From a virus: a stretch of DNA of 64,000 bases. The stretch's first letter is position 1, and each line of letters begins with the position of its first letter. Made by a program: the position numbers and the translations under genes. Below are positions 36,668 to 46,425 of the stretch, piece by piece. The stretch lies in the IMG/VR virus record IMGVR_UViG_3300017782_000001. One strand, 5' to 3'. The notes beneath the pieces are model-generated. The model was not told the origin of the DNA, searched no databases, and saw only the letters and a list, made by a program, of their open reading frames with translations.

Positions 36668-37323
36668 AAAATCCTTTCACGAGTTTTACCATTTTTGACA
36701 GGATCTCTTAAGTAAAATCTTTCATTTTCCTCTACTTTAGAAGCATAGGTATAATCAATTACTGGATCTAAATAGTATTCTAGGTTATGAGCTTTACTAA
36801 ATGCATGCGTTGTTTCAAACGACCAAGGGTATAGTTCTGCTCCTGCTTTGTATCCGTTAAATGGTTTACACAAACAAGCAATTTTTCCATTAGACTTTAC
36901 AAGGTGCTTCATTTGCTCAATCATAGTATGTATAGTTTCAGTGTTGTGGTGGTGTAAAACACCAATAGCCAATATCCAATCAAAAGTATTTTCTTTGAAT
37001 ATATCATAAGCACCTTGAAGGTCAGTGTTTATGTCAGGGCTTCCCCATGTTCCTGGCTCAACGCCTATGACATTTTTTAATCTATTTTTGAAAGGGTTGT
37101 TTCCGCATCCAACATCTAAAACAAAAACACCGGATCCATCCTTCTTAATTTCTTTAAGTAGGAATTCACCAGTGAATTTTCTTGTGTCGTAAGTAAATTT
37201 TCCTACGTACTCATCGTATCCTAACTCTTTACGGGTATATGTAGCCTTCCAATCAGAGTCTCTTTCTTCTATAGATTTGTTCCACCAATCAGAAAGTTCA
37301 AACTGGCCAGTAATATCAATCAT
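36646..37323 (-). CDS. class I SAM methyltransferase
   Basis: VLDVGCG.N, FDWILAIGVLHH. Confidence 0.8.
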   Translation of the reverse strand: MIDITGQFELSDWWNKSIEERDSDWKATYTRKELGYDEYVGKFTYDTRKFTGEFLLKEIKKDGSGVFVLDVGCGNNPFKNRLKNVIGVEPGTWGSPDINTDLQGAYDIFKENTFDWILAIGVLHHHNTETIHTMIEQMKHLVKSNGKIACLCKPFNGYKAGAELYPWSFETTHAFSKAHNLEYYLDPVIDYTYASKVEENERFYLRDPVKNGKTRERIFWIWQKK

Positions 37324-38248
37324 ATATGTTTTCCGTCATTAACTCATAAAAAGGCTTCATATCAATTTCTTTAATGATTTTCATTTTCTTTACATTAAAT
37401 TTTCCAGTGCCTTCATTTTCCATTATATCTTTTACTTTGAATGTTGCTTGAAAAAGCCTGTAGTCACTGTAAGCTCCACACGCAACCCATTCCCTTAGAA
37501 CCCAAGCCATATTAGCTACAGCCATTCCTGTATTAGTTGCTGGATCAAGAGGTACGTGTTCACCATTTTGGTCTTCTGCATCAAATTCTTTACCTACTTC
37601 ATAGGTAATCTTAGGGTGATAAATTCCTCTCGCATCTGCAGCAGTAAGTTTGTATCCAGTAACCTCAACATCGTCATCCAAGTACTCATACTGTAATGCT
37701 TCATCATGAAAAAAGTTAGGAGCATTTGACCATGAGAAATTTGCGTTGCGTGTATTCATGCCGCGCATTTTATTTAACTTAAATTCACCATACATAAAGT
37801 CTGCACCTCTTGCATTTACTTTACGCATATCATTATATTCCCACCTAGATCTAGGTGCATCAAGCTTTTCAATATTAGTAGTAACCATGTTGCAAGAATA
37901 GAATGTAATTTCAGGTGCAAATGAATATCTTACCGCACCTTCTCTTAAATTACATTTAATAAATTCTGCTGCATCCAATTGGCATCTTTCGAAAAGCACA
38001 GATCTTAGACCGCATTGCTTAAAAGTTGCACCTCTTAAATCTGATCCTGTAAAATCACATTCGTCTAAAACGAGCTTTTCGAAAGTCCACCCTCTAAAAT
38101 CTTGATATCTAAAATCACAATTTCTAAATTTTAATTTACCATCGCCTGTTTTGCGATCGTGTTGAGTTATCGTTAAATTTTCTCGCTCTGCTAACAGTTC
38201 TTGTAAGCTACGATCAAATTTTAATTTTCCGTTTCTTGTATAAATCAT
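37316..38248 (-). CDS. pentapeptide-repeat protein with C-terminal phage domain
   Basis: CDFTG SDLRG ATFKQ CGLRS... repeats; GYK...YEVGK C-domain. Confidence 0.85.
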   Translation of the reverse strand: MIYTRNGKLKFDRSLQELLAERENLTITQHDRKTGDGKLKFRNCDFRYQDFRGWTFEKLVLDECDFTGSDLRGATFKQCGLRSVLFERCQLDAAEFIKCNLREGAVRYSFAPEITFYSCNMVTTNIEKLDAPRSRWEYNDMRKVNARGADFMYGEFKLNKMRGMNTRNANFSWSNAPNFFHDEALQYEYLDDDVEVTGYKLTAADARGIYHPKITYEVGKEFDAEDQNGEHVPLDPATNTGMAVANMAWVLREWVACGAYSDYRLFQATFKVKDIMENEGTGKFNVKKMKIIKEIDMKPFYELMTENIYD

Positions 38249-38257
38249 TTTTGCCTC

Positions 38258-39772
38258 TTAGCTATACGTTGTTAATGATTTATCTCGCATAGTTCCATAA
38301 CCTACTAGGCCTACAGCGAGAATTAAGCAGGCAGTCATGATTGGGTGCATTCCCCATATTGGGTTTATTATATAATTACCTTCCCAAAAATATAGCGCTT
38401 GCATTTGATATAAACCTGCTTCTAATCTTTCTGCTAAGAAAAACGCAATCAAAAATGCCGGTCTACTAAATTCATATCTTCTCATATACCACCCTAAAAT
38501 ACTAAAGATGGTAAGCATAATCAGATCTTCGTACATTGTAGAATAATATCTAGCTGCTAGTACAGACCAAATAGTTAAAGCTGCCATAACAGGAACCCAA
38601 TAAATTGGCTTAATGTAAACTACTTTTGAAACTTGTCTAGCAAATATAAGAAGTACAACGCCTGAAATAGCTGTGCCAAGCATATATCCCCAATACAAAT
38701 GATGAGTAAATTCTGTATCCTCAATCACCTGCATTGATCCCATTTCAAATCCTACATATAAAAACAATGCCATGATGATAGCAACGCCGCGATTGCCTGG
38801 GATACCAAATAAAAACGCAGGAAGTATAGCTCCAGCTTTGCCGGAATTGTTTGCGCCTTCACTTCCTATTACACCTTTGATATTACCTTTACCAAATGGA
38901 ATTGTTTCTTTTCTACATATTGCTGTAGTTGCAGTATAAGCAGACCAGTCTCCAATGCCTCCTCCAGTTCCGGGTAAGACTCCAACTATAAACCCAATTA
39001 ATGAACCTTGCAAAGCAATGTACCAGTTTTTACCAGTATCAACTATGCCTTGCCATGTTTGCTTAGCGTGTTCTTTGCTGTTTATATGTTCATATTCATT
39101 CTTTTTAGTTAGAACATAAATCATTTCTGGTATAGCAAATAGACCGGCGGTTACAATAACAATTGACACACCATCAACTAGATATTCTATTCCGCCGGTC
39201 CACCTTGGGGTAGAATAAATATCATATCCGACAAGTCCTACGAATATTCCAAGGGCCAAAGCTACTAAGCATCTCAATGTATGCTTAGTCGTAATTAAAG
39301 TAATTAGTGAAAATGATAATATAATCATTCCAAATATTTCTGGAATGCCAACATAAGAACTAATTAATTCGTACATTGGAAATAAGGCAAATCCTATAAT
39401 ACCAAACAACAATCCTCCTAGCGTTGAAGTAGTGATTGCTGCTGACAATGCATAGCTAGCTTTCCCTTGTTTTGCTAAAGGAAATCCATCTACCATTGTA
39501 GCTGCAGTTCCATCAGCACCAGGGATGCCAATAAGAACTGAAGCAAACGAATCTCCAATTGAGCATGACACTAGTACAGCCATAGCAAACAGAACAAAAA
39601 GATATTCTGCACCAGGCGTATCAAACAGCTGAGCCAAACCAAATAACATAATTAATGCTTTGGCTGGACCAGCTGAAGGTATGAGTCCAATTATAGACCC
39701 ATACAGTACTCCTATTGTCACGATAATCCCCCACTGCATATACAGTGGGAGAGTTACTAGAGATTCGATCAT
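38258..39772 (-). CDS. tctA: tripartite tricarboxylate transporter large permease
   Basis: IGIPG...ATMVDGFPLAKQG, GLFAIPE, GVLPGTG, EGANNS, GIPG. Confidence 0.92.
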   Translation of the reverse strand: MIESLVTLPLYMQWGIIVTIGVLYGSIIGLIPSAGPAKALIMLFGLAQLFDTPGAEYLFVLFAMAVLVSCSIGDSFASVLIGIPGADGTAATMVDGFPLAKQGKASYALSAAITTSTLGGLLFGIIGFALFPMYELISSYVGIPEIFGMIILSFSLITLITTKHTLRCLVALALGIFVGLVGYDIYSTPRWTGGIEYLVDGVSIVIVTAGLFAIPEMIYVLTKKNEYEHINSKEHAKQTWQGIVDTGKNWYIALQGSLIGFIVGVLPGTGGGIGDWSAYTATTAICRKETIPFGKGNIKGVIGSEGANNSGKAGAILPAFLFGIPGNRGVAIIMALFLYVGFEMGSMQVIEDTEFTHHLYWGYMLGTAISGVVLLIFARQVSKVVYIKPIYWVPVMAALTIWSVLAARYYSTMYEDLIMLTIFSILGWYMRRYEFSRPAFLIAFFLAERLEAGLYQMQALYFWEGNYIINPIWGMHPIMTACLILAVGLVGYGTMRDKSLTTYS

Positions 39773-39776
39773 TAGA

Positions 39777-40829
39777 TTAGTCTTTTACGTCGTACTTAAA
39801 CCAAACTTTAGCAATTCTTTTTAGATCCGCTTCTGCCTGAGGTGTTTTAAGAGACGTAATATAGCTAGTGTGAGCTTGTGCATCTACACCGTCAATCCAT
39901 GGATAGTTACCTAAACGCTCTTGCAATTTTGCTAGAGATTCAGGGTTGTTAATCATTTTATTAACAGCCTCACGAATATCATCTAAGTATGGATTATCTT
40001 TATGAGTAAACAGCGTCTTTTGCAATCCATCACGGTAACCTTGGTTAAGCAAATAAGCATCATACACTGGACCTGAAGGTGCTACACCATGTGTTGCTTC
40101 ATACACAACTTCAAAAGTACCTTGGTCAGCTGGATTATTTGGATCTCCGTACTTGCCGTTTACTGCATCAACAATACCATGTGAATACCATACTACATGA
40201 GTACCGGCATCGTATTGACGTGAGGATGCTGCTAAAGCAGAAGCCATTGTATCACGGCTACCTTGTAGTAGCTGATCATTAAATGCCTTTCTACGCATAC
40301 CACCTTTTTTGAATCCGCCGACTAAACGCATTTCAGTATTTACGCATGTAAGAAAGTCATCAACCGTAGTGGTACGTTTTGGACCACATTCTAGCATACC
40401 AACTGAAAGCCAATCTGGACCAAAGCCTGATCCACCATCAAGTGGAAAAGTCATTACACCTTTACGATTAGCTACCTTTGAAATCCACATAGAAGAATTC
40501 ATAATTACTACTGGTGTGTAGTCAGCGTAATCAAAATCTCCTACATCTTCGATAAGGAATGCTTCACCATTACCACCATGTGTAATAAGAATCGTAGATT
40601 TATCTGTGCCTGAATAGGCCTTTAAGGATTTTTTACCACGAGCACCAGAAACAAATCTTGGTACTAGTGTATGATCAGTATATTTCTGCAGCTCTTTAAC
40701 TGTGGTGTCGCCCCATAGGGTTGTACCTTGTGCGCCAGGCTGTGAGGGATACTGAACCTCGAGAGTTTCAGCAAATGCTGAAAAGGAAAATGCTGCTGCA
40801 GTGAACAGCGAGATAATTAAGGTTTTCAT
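39777..40829 (-). CDS. tctC: TctC/Bug-like periplasmic binding protein
   Basis: Signal peptide, P..PG..T N-terminal loop, adjacent to tctA. Confidence 0.65.
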   Translation of the reverse strand: MKTLIISLFTAAAFSFSAFAETLEVQYPSQPGAQGTTLWGDTTVKELQKYTDHTLVPRFVSGARGKKSLKAYSGTDKSTILITHGGNGEAFLIEDVGDFDYADYTPVVIMNSSMWISKVANRKGVMTFPLDGGSGFGPDWLSVGMLECGPKRTTTVDDFLTCVNTEMRLVGGFKKGGMRRKAFNDQLLQGSRDTMASALAASSRQYDAGTHVVWYSHGIVDAVNGKYGDPNNPADQGTFEVVYEATHGVAPSGPVYDAYLLNQGYRDGLQKTLFTHKDNPYLDDIREAVNKMINNPESLAKLQERLGNYPWIDGVDAQAHTSYITSLKTPQAEADLKRIAKVWFKYDVKD

Positions 40830-40842
40830 TCATTCTACTCCA

Positions 40843-41487
40843 TTAAGTAATTTTATTCACGGTAATGTAAACATCATCATGATTCTTAGTAAATTCTTCC
40901 GCAGCCTCAGGATCAAACCCAGGTATCTCAAGGAATGAAGTTTTAGGTTCGTATAAACTCCACTTAAACTTCATTTTCTCTGCGAACTGTTTTATATATT
41001 CATCCTCTTCTATCAATCTTTTTTTCATTGTAGTAGAGTTTTCATACATTTCATTATATGACGGATAGACATCATCATCAAAAGACATGATTGCATTCCA
41101 CCATAGAAAGCTTTGTAGTGGCTTACGTTTAAGTAATACCATATAGTCGTTTTTGAAATTATCGTAAATGAATTGCAGGTTATCGTACCTTGCAAACGCG
41201 TGAGATTTTATTACTCGAATACCTTCACCAGCAAATTCTTTAGATATTTCTTCAAGTATGTTATCTTTGCCAATTTTGGCGAGGTCAGTCCAGGACTCGC
41301 CGCAGCCTTGCCCTGGACCCCAATAACTACCTCTATGCCCGTTGAACGTATAACCTTTTTCATTGTGTTTATGAAAATGTAAACGTTCTTCAGATTCGTC
41401 TGATCTATTCACAGGAAGCGAGTGCCTCATGTGAATATCAATGCCACTCCACTTAGATCCGGGTATTCCACAAAACCAGATATCCAT
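40843..41487 (-). CDS. sulfotransferase/P-loop-like protein
   Basis: CGIPGSKWS, KSH.F, R.P..S..WW. Confidence 0.5.
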   Translation of the reverse strand: MDIWFCGIPGSKWSGIDIHMRHSLPVNRSDESEERLHFHKHNEKGYTFNGHRGSYWGPGQGCGESWTDLAKIGKDNILEEISKEFAGEGIRVIKSHAFARYDNLQFIYDNFKNDYMVLLKRKPLQSFLWWNAIMSFDDDVYPSYNEMYENSTTMKKRLIEEDEYIKQFAEKMKFKWSLYEPKTSFLEIPGFDPEAAEEFTKNHDDVYITVNKIT

Positions 41488-41490
41488 TAT

Positions 41491-41520
41491 ATTATACCAT
41501 AATAATTAAAGGATGTAAAC
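41491..41520 (-). promoter_or_regulatory. early promoter
   Basis: GTTTACA-17-TATAAT. Confidence 0.7.
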
Positions 41521-41521
41521 C

Positions 41522-42388
41522 CTATGCAAAAGAAAAGTTATCAATCGCCATTTCGTCTGATGCGTCATGCTTCTTAAAAGCACCTCTTACTACTGGTTTC
41601 CAGTTAGCAGAAGCATCTTTTAATTCTACCCAAGCTTTACCCATCGCAGACATTTTTTCGTCTGATGCATCAAAGCCGTAGAATTCTGAGCATCTTTCCG
41701 CGCCTGATTTAACAGCAGCAGTACCTTGACAATTAATCCAGAACATACGTTCCATCATTTTTGGCAGTACAGCCATTACTGCGTCTTGCGCTTCTTGATT
41801 TTTATCGCACTCTTTCATAAGTGTTTTAGCACCAATCATTGAATGGAAATGCTCGTCCTTTGCAATCTTAGCATAGGATGTGGAAACAACTTCATCATCA
41901 ATTGATGTTGCCATTGCGTTCCATACTCTTGATGCACGACCTTCAGCAACGTACTGATAAACAGCCGCCATTACTGGATTAGTATCGCCACCAATTTCGT
42001 CAAACAAAGAAGCACCTTTTGACTTCACGTTTGCTTTATCCATTTGCCAAGCGTATTCTTGCTCTAGCTCTTCGTTAGTAAATTTTTCTCCGCGGAGATA
42101 TTCAATGACGTTACGAACCATATCATAGTGCTTAGCTTCGTCATAGACTTGCTTTGACAAAAGCTTAAGATGATTGGGATCAGTTGACGCTGGCTTTTCA
42201 ACAAGTGTCTTACCAATTTCTACAATGTTCATACGTTCATTAAACATACGTCTCTTAAAATTAAAGATTGCTTCATCCAAATCTGGATCGTTACGAAAGT
42301 AAGCCTGTGTTTGTTCTTCAGAACTCTTGAACAGAGGCTCAATGTAATCTGCAACCTTTTTTACAAATTCCTTACCGGTCAATGCCAT
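41522..42388 (-). CDS. ferritin-like diiron protein
   Basis: NE...DEAKH...EGRA...DEHFH carboxylate-bridged diiron pattern. Confidence 0.75.
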   Translation of the reverse strand: MALTGKEFVKKVADYIEPLFKSSEEQTQAYFRNDPDLDEAIFNFKRRMFNERMNIVEIGKTLVEKPASTDPNHLKLLSKQVYDEAKHYDMVRNVIEYLRGEKFTNEELEQEYAWQMDKANVKSKGASLFDEIGGDTNPVMAAVYQYVAEGRASRVWNAMATSIDDEVVSTSYAKIAKDEHFHSMIGAKTLMKECDKNQEAQDAVMAVLPKMMERMFWINCQGTAAVKSGAERCSEFYGFDASDEKMSAMGKAWVELKDASANWKPVVRGAFKKHDASDEMAIDNFSFA

Positions 42389-42389
42389 G

Positions 42390-42944
42390 TTATGCTCCTA
42401 AAAGTGTTTTAATCTCGTCTGGTATCCAGTGATCTTTCTCTCGTTCCGGATGCCAAACAACTGCTGCAACATTATCTAAAATCCAAGATTCTACATAATT
42501 ATCTTCGTCTGTCACAAGAACCTCAGAATGCTCTGGAGGTTCAACAATCGCAGACCCGTGAAAAGAATTCACTGTTCTGCTATGTCTATATTTATACATT
42601 ATAGAATGTCTAGTGCGTCGATGACCTGTAACATCAATCATCTTTCCGTTAAACAAGTGAGTCAATAAAAATGCTCCATGACATACACCTATAACGGGTT
42701 TGTTTAGTTCCTTAAAGCAGCCTACTGCGTATATTTCTACTCTTAATCTTTCTGGATTATCATCTCCTCCAGTTAAAATAAGAGCATCATTTGCTTCAGC
42801 CAGCTTTTCAATATTTTGATTATTGTTATTTAGTAAGGCTGTAATGTCATGGTCTTTAAGCCAATCATAAAAGCCTCTCTCAATACAATCATGTAAGTAC
42901 CCACCTGAGCTTTCTAAAGTTCTAGTAGATACTAGATACTGCAA
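42390..42944 (-). CDS. class I glutamine amidotransferase (peptidase C26)
   Basis: LTGGD, GVCHG, NSFH, WHPE. Confidence 0.88.
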   Translation of the reverse strand: MQYLVSTRTLESSGGYLHDCIERGFYDWLKDHDITALLNNNNQNIEKLAEANDALILTGGDDNPERLRVEIYAVGCFKELNKPVIGVCHGAFLLTHLFNGKMIDVTGHRRTRHSIMYKYRHSRTVNSFHGSAIVEPPEHSEVLVTDEDNYVESWILDNVAAVVWHPEREKDHWIPDEIKTLLGA

Positions 42945-43609
42945 GATTCTTTTCCTTTATACAGTACAGGAAATAGAGTGTGATCAGATGGTTTTATTAA
43001 ATACTCATGATATGTATTATTATTAGGCAAATGTTTTTCTAATTCTGGCCAATTTGCTTTAATCCACTGAGGCGCTTCAGCTACTGGATAATTCATTTTC
43101 AAATCGTTTTCTCTAATAAACTTTTCCATGCAAGCGTTTTCAATCATGATTTGCCTACGCATGTTTTGAGAGTTACTATACCAGTTATAGTTAGGATATT
43201 CAATATCCCACCCACCAGATTCAAGCCACCAGTTCAAAGATTGAATAGGCTCTCTCATCATCATTAAGATGTCTACCTCAGGTAAATTTTCTTTAATCCA
43301 ATCTAATTGATATGCAAACCAATGACACCTAACAAATCTAACTTTGTGTTCTGGTTGTGGCTTAGAATATGATCTTTCAATTTCATTCATCACCGCGTCT
43401 GGTCCCATCAAATGCATAACGTCAAACATCTCTCCATAGTTATGATATGGACCATAAAATCTATGGTAATGCTCAGTGCTATTTTCTGGATTATCTTGGT
43501 TGTGCTGTAACCAGGATGATTGATCTACTATTGGAGAATTATCTCTAATGATCCATTCAAGCCTTCCCCACCTAGATCCAGGCACACCAGTTAAAAATAC
43601 AGTTTTCAA
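42932..43609 (-). CDS. paralog of 40843-41487 (sulfotransferase/P-loop-like)
   Basis: TGVPGSRWG, RCHWF, R.P..S..WW, YP.Y. Confidence 0.5.
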   Translation of the reverse strand: MKTVFLTGVPGSRWGRLEWIIRDNSPIVDQSSWLQHNQDNPENSTEHYHRFYGPYHNYGEMFDVMHLMGPDAVMNEIERSYSKPQPEHKVRFVRCHWFAYQLDWIKENLPEVDILMMMREPIQSLNWWLESGGWDIEYPNYNWYSNSQNMRRQIMIENACMEKFIRENDLKMNYPVAEAPQWIKANWPELEKHLPNNNTYHEYLIKPSDHTLFPVLYKGKESCSI

Positions 43610-43623
43610 TTTTTACTCCTCAA

Positions 43624-43812
43624 TTATAAAGATACTGAACCTACAGGTTTACAAATGTAATCAACCGTATCCCAAGATCCATCTACTGGCACTTTTATAT
43701 ATTCTGCAAGCATAGTTTCACACTCAGCTTTAGTATCAAACCATTGTACGTCTTGATCTAAGCAAGTTGAACCAGCACAAACTGTCAGCAATATATGCCA
43801 AATTATTTGCAT
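43624..43812 (-). CDS. small Cys-containing hypothetical protein
   Basis: Four Cys, hydrophobic N-terminus. Confidence 0.6.
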   Translation of the reverse strand: MQIIWHILLTVCAGSTCLDQDVQWFDTKAECETMLAEYIKVPVDGSWDTVDYICKPVGSVSL

Positions 43813-43815
43813 GTC

Positions 43816-44340
43816 TTAAATTTTCACCCACTCAACGTAATTTCTATCGTTCCGTTTGCCGTGATCATAAATCCATTTTTCTAATCTAAAATTATACTTA
43901 TGACAAAAATGAATATTTTTCATTATGTTCCAACTATAAAAAGGTATAGCTTCAGATCCTTCCCAAGGATGATCATTGCCATTAGGATTTTGACGCCAAT
44001 GCACAGTTTGTCCAGGCTTTACCATATCACCAAGCTTTTTCATGTATTTGTCAATATGATATTCTGTACCAAAATTAATACTTCCTAAGATAAAGTATCT
44101 ATCAAAGTCCTGCTTAGGTACAAAGTCTTCCCAAGATACTACTTCATCTGTATTTGTTTCAATATAGGGATCAATTCCATACAAGTTAGGGAAGTGTTCT
44201 TTAAGCCAATTATGACCACATCCAATATCTAAAATACGTTCATTTTTATCTATGGTTTTTACTAGCCATTTATATGACCATTCATATTGTCTTGTGTTGG
44301 CTTTCCAATTATTAGCCCAATAATTTTTTATTTCACTCAT
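43816..44340 (-). CDS. class I SAM methyltransferase
   Basis: ILDIGCG.N...NLYGIDP, GSINFG. Confidence 0.8.
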   Translation of the reverse strand: MSEIKNYWANNWKANTRQYEWSYKWLVKTIDKNERILDIGCGHNWLKEHFPNLYGIDPYIETNTDEVVSWEDFVPKQDFDRYFILGSINFGTEYHIDKYMKKLGDMVKPGQTVHWRQNPNGNDHPWEGSEAIPFYSWNIMKNIHFCHKYNFRLEKWIYDHGKRNDRNYVEWVKI

Positions 44341-44728
44341 ATGTCGATGCACCCATTTTATCTAAATTTTTATGTGTATTTTTAACAACCTTTTGATTAG
44401 GCATAATAGAAGAAAGCAAGAAAAACTTAAATATAGTTTTTGAATCTTCTTCAGGATTTCCAGTTAAAAACTGATCAATACAATAGCAGTTGTCGATATG
44501 TTTAACATCTTCTAAATGTTTAGTACCAATCACAACACAGTTTTGTATTTCGTTATCGCCAATTAATCCCCATACATAATTTCTTAAGCCTGGGTCGCTT
44601 GGATATTTTCCATCAGCAGTAACTACAATATATCCTAAATCGAATTTATATATTTCTTTTAAGATGAATTCTGCAGCCTCACCGGTTTCTACGTATAGAA
44701 CATTTTGCATATAAAAAGGATGTTTCAT
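44333..44728 (-). CDS. hypothetical protein
   Basis: ORF tightly packed in operon. Confidence 0.6.
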   Translation of the reverse strand: MKHPFYMQNVLYVETGEAAEFILKEIYKFDLGYIVVTADGKYPSDPGLRNYVWGLIGDNEIQNCVVIGTKHLEDVKHIDNCYCIDQFLTGNPEEDSKTIFKFFLLSSIMPNQKVVKNTHKNLDKMGASTYE

Positions 44729-44729
44729 A

Positions 44730-45176
44730 TTACTCCAATCTCTTGCGCATATAGCAATTAGGTCCGAACTCTACACCTTCAGTAAAAAATTCGCTTACTT
44801 GAACAAATCCAAAATTCTTATATGCAAACAGTGAGTTTTTTCTTGCCATAGTCCAAAGCATATTACAATTTTCACTTAAAGCTTGCTCTTCCAATTCTTC
44901 CATTAACAAAGTAGATATACCTTTTCCCCTATGTTCTTCATCAACTCTTACACCTCTAAGTCTATATTGATATACACTAGATCTGTAGCCGGATATTACA
45001 CCTACTAATTCTTCTTTATCGTAACATCCAAAATATGATGGATTGCTCGCTAAAATCGATTCATCTACTCCACCTAGGTATACAGAAGCATTAACAGGTA
45101 AAATGTTTTTCTTTCCTGGCCAAAGTAATTTCCACTTAGGTAAAATTTCTTCAAATGTTATTTTGGATATTTTCAT
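44730..45176 (-). CDS. GNAT acetyltransferase
   Basis: V.EEHRGKGIST, AYKNFGF. Confidence 0.9.
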   Translation of the reverse strand: MKISKITFEEILPKWKLLWPGKKNILPVNASVYLGGVDESILASNPSYFGCYDKEELVGVISGYRSSVYQYRLRGVRVDEEHRGKGISTLLMEELEEQALSENCNMLWTMARKNSLFAYKNFGFVQVSEFFTEGVEFGPNCYMRKRLE

Positions 45177-45177
45177 A

Positions 45178-46422
45178 TTATTTGTTAATGGACATGCCTA
45201 TGCTTTTATATTTCCAACTTATATCTGTTCCACCAATCTGTAATGCTAATTCTTTTAGGTGTTCTTTTTTAATTTTATATTTTTGAGGGTATGACAACCA
45301 TTGGTGAAAAATATCTGAATCTGCATACATATTAAACCAAGTGTTTTTATTGTCCTGCGACTCACACCAAAGTCTATATGAGCCATGTTCTTGTAAAAAC
45401 AATCTGTATATTTTGTCTTCACCTTCAAGTCTATTCCATTTTTTAGTCCAATATTCTAAAAGATAATCGTAACCTTCGCCACTATATTCTTTATCAAATC
45501 CTCTCATCATACGTTCTTTAAGAAATGACGAGTTAACAGAAACCCAAAATTTTATTATATCCTCTACATTAGGTTTATGTATATTAGTAATATATGAAAA
45601 CAAAAGCTGATCTTTAGGAGTGTGTGCACTTAGTTCGCCGCTGTAAGCTCTAGTTCCTTTTCCTCTTACGGCCTCTTGCTTTACATTAAATGTACCATCT
45701 CTCCAAAAATCATGATTGAATTGATTAGTAATATATTTTTTTCTTCCTTCAATTTCATACTTTTCAATATTCCAACCATGCTTAGTAAACTCTTCGCAAG
45801 CTTTAATATCCACCATGTTTCTTACATTTTCACTATGGACTTTTACTAAACGAGGATTCTTATTGTATTTACGTAAAACTTCTGCAACCAAATAAGAATC
45901 TTTACCTCCACTAAATGCTACAACTGGATCTGATTCTGTAATTCTATTAGCAAAATTACTAACGTATGTTTTTAATAATTGATAGTCTGGTTCAACTGTA
46001 GGAGTATTCATGGAATCATGATACATGTAAGAACCAACTTCAGTTACGTAATGATCTGGTTCGACTCTCTTAATAGACTCATACGGTGTAAAAGGACCAA
46101 CAGTATGAGTCTTAAGTAATTCTATTTGAGAGTGCCACACAGTATCAAGAGTGTTGTTTTCCCTAACCTTTCTGATTTGATCAAAGGAAGATGTGACGGA
46201 GTCTTGATTATAGTACAAGTTTGTTGTGCACAAGTGATCACACATAAAAAAGTATTTTTTATCTTTTATATAGACATAGGCAAATTGACCTTTTGGTATA
46301 AAGTCAATGCCATTTTCAATAAAACCTATAACTTCTAGGTCCGTATAGTTTGAATAACCATACGCCCAGAAATTTTTATATTCTCTGAATTGTCTTTTAG
46401 GATTAGTGTTTAGAAACTTCAT
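45178..46422 (-). CDS. asparagine-synthetase-like PP-loop protein
   Basis: GQFAYV...DH....LYY (Ntn-like), FSGGKDS; no N-terminal Cys. Confidence 0.65.
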   Translation of the reverse strand: MKFLNTNPKRQFREYKNFWAYGYSNYTDLEVIGFIENGIDFIPKGQFAYVYIKDKKYFFMCDHLCTTNLYYNQDSVTSSFDQIRKVRENNTLDTVWHSQIELLKTHTVGPFTPYESIKRVEPDHYVTEVGSYMYHDSMNTPTVEPDYQLLKTYVSNFANRITESDPVVAFSGGKDSYLVAEVLRKYNKNPRLVKVHSENVRNMVDIKACEEFTKHGWNIEKYEIEGRKKYITNQFNHDFWRDGTFNVKQEAVRGKGTRAYSGELSAHTPKDQLLFSYITNIHKPNVEDIIKFWVSVNSSFLKERMMRGFDKEYSGEGYDYLLEYWTKKWNRLEGEDKIYRLFLQEHGSYRLWCESQDNKNTWFNMYADSDIFHQWLSYPQKYKIKKEHLKELALQIGGTDISWKYKSIGMSINK

Positions 46423-46425
46423 CCA

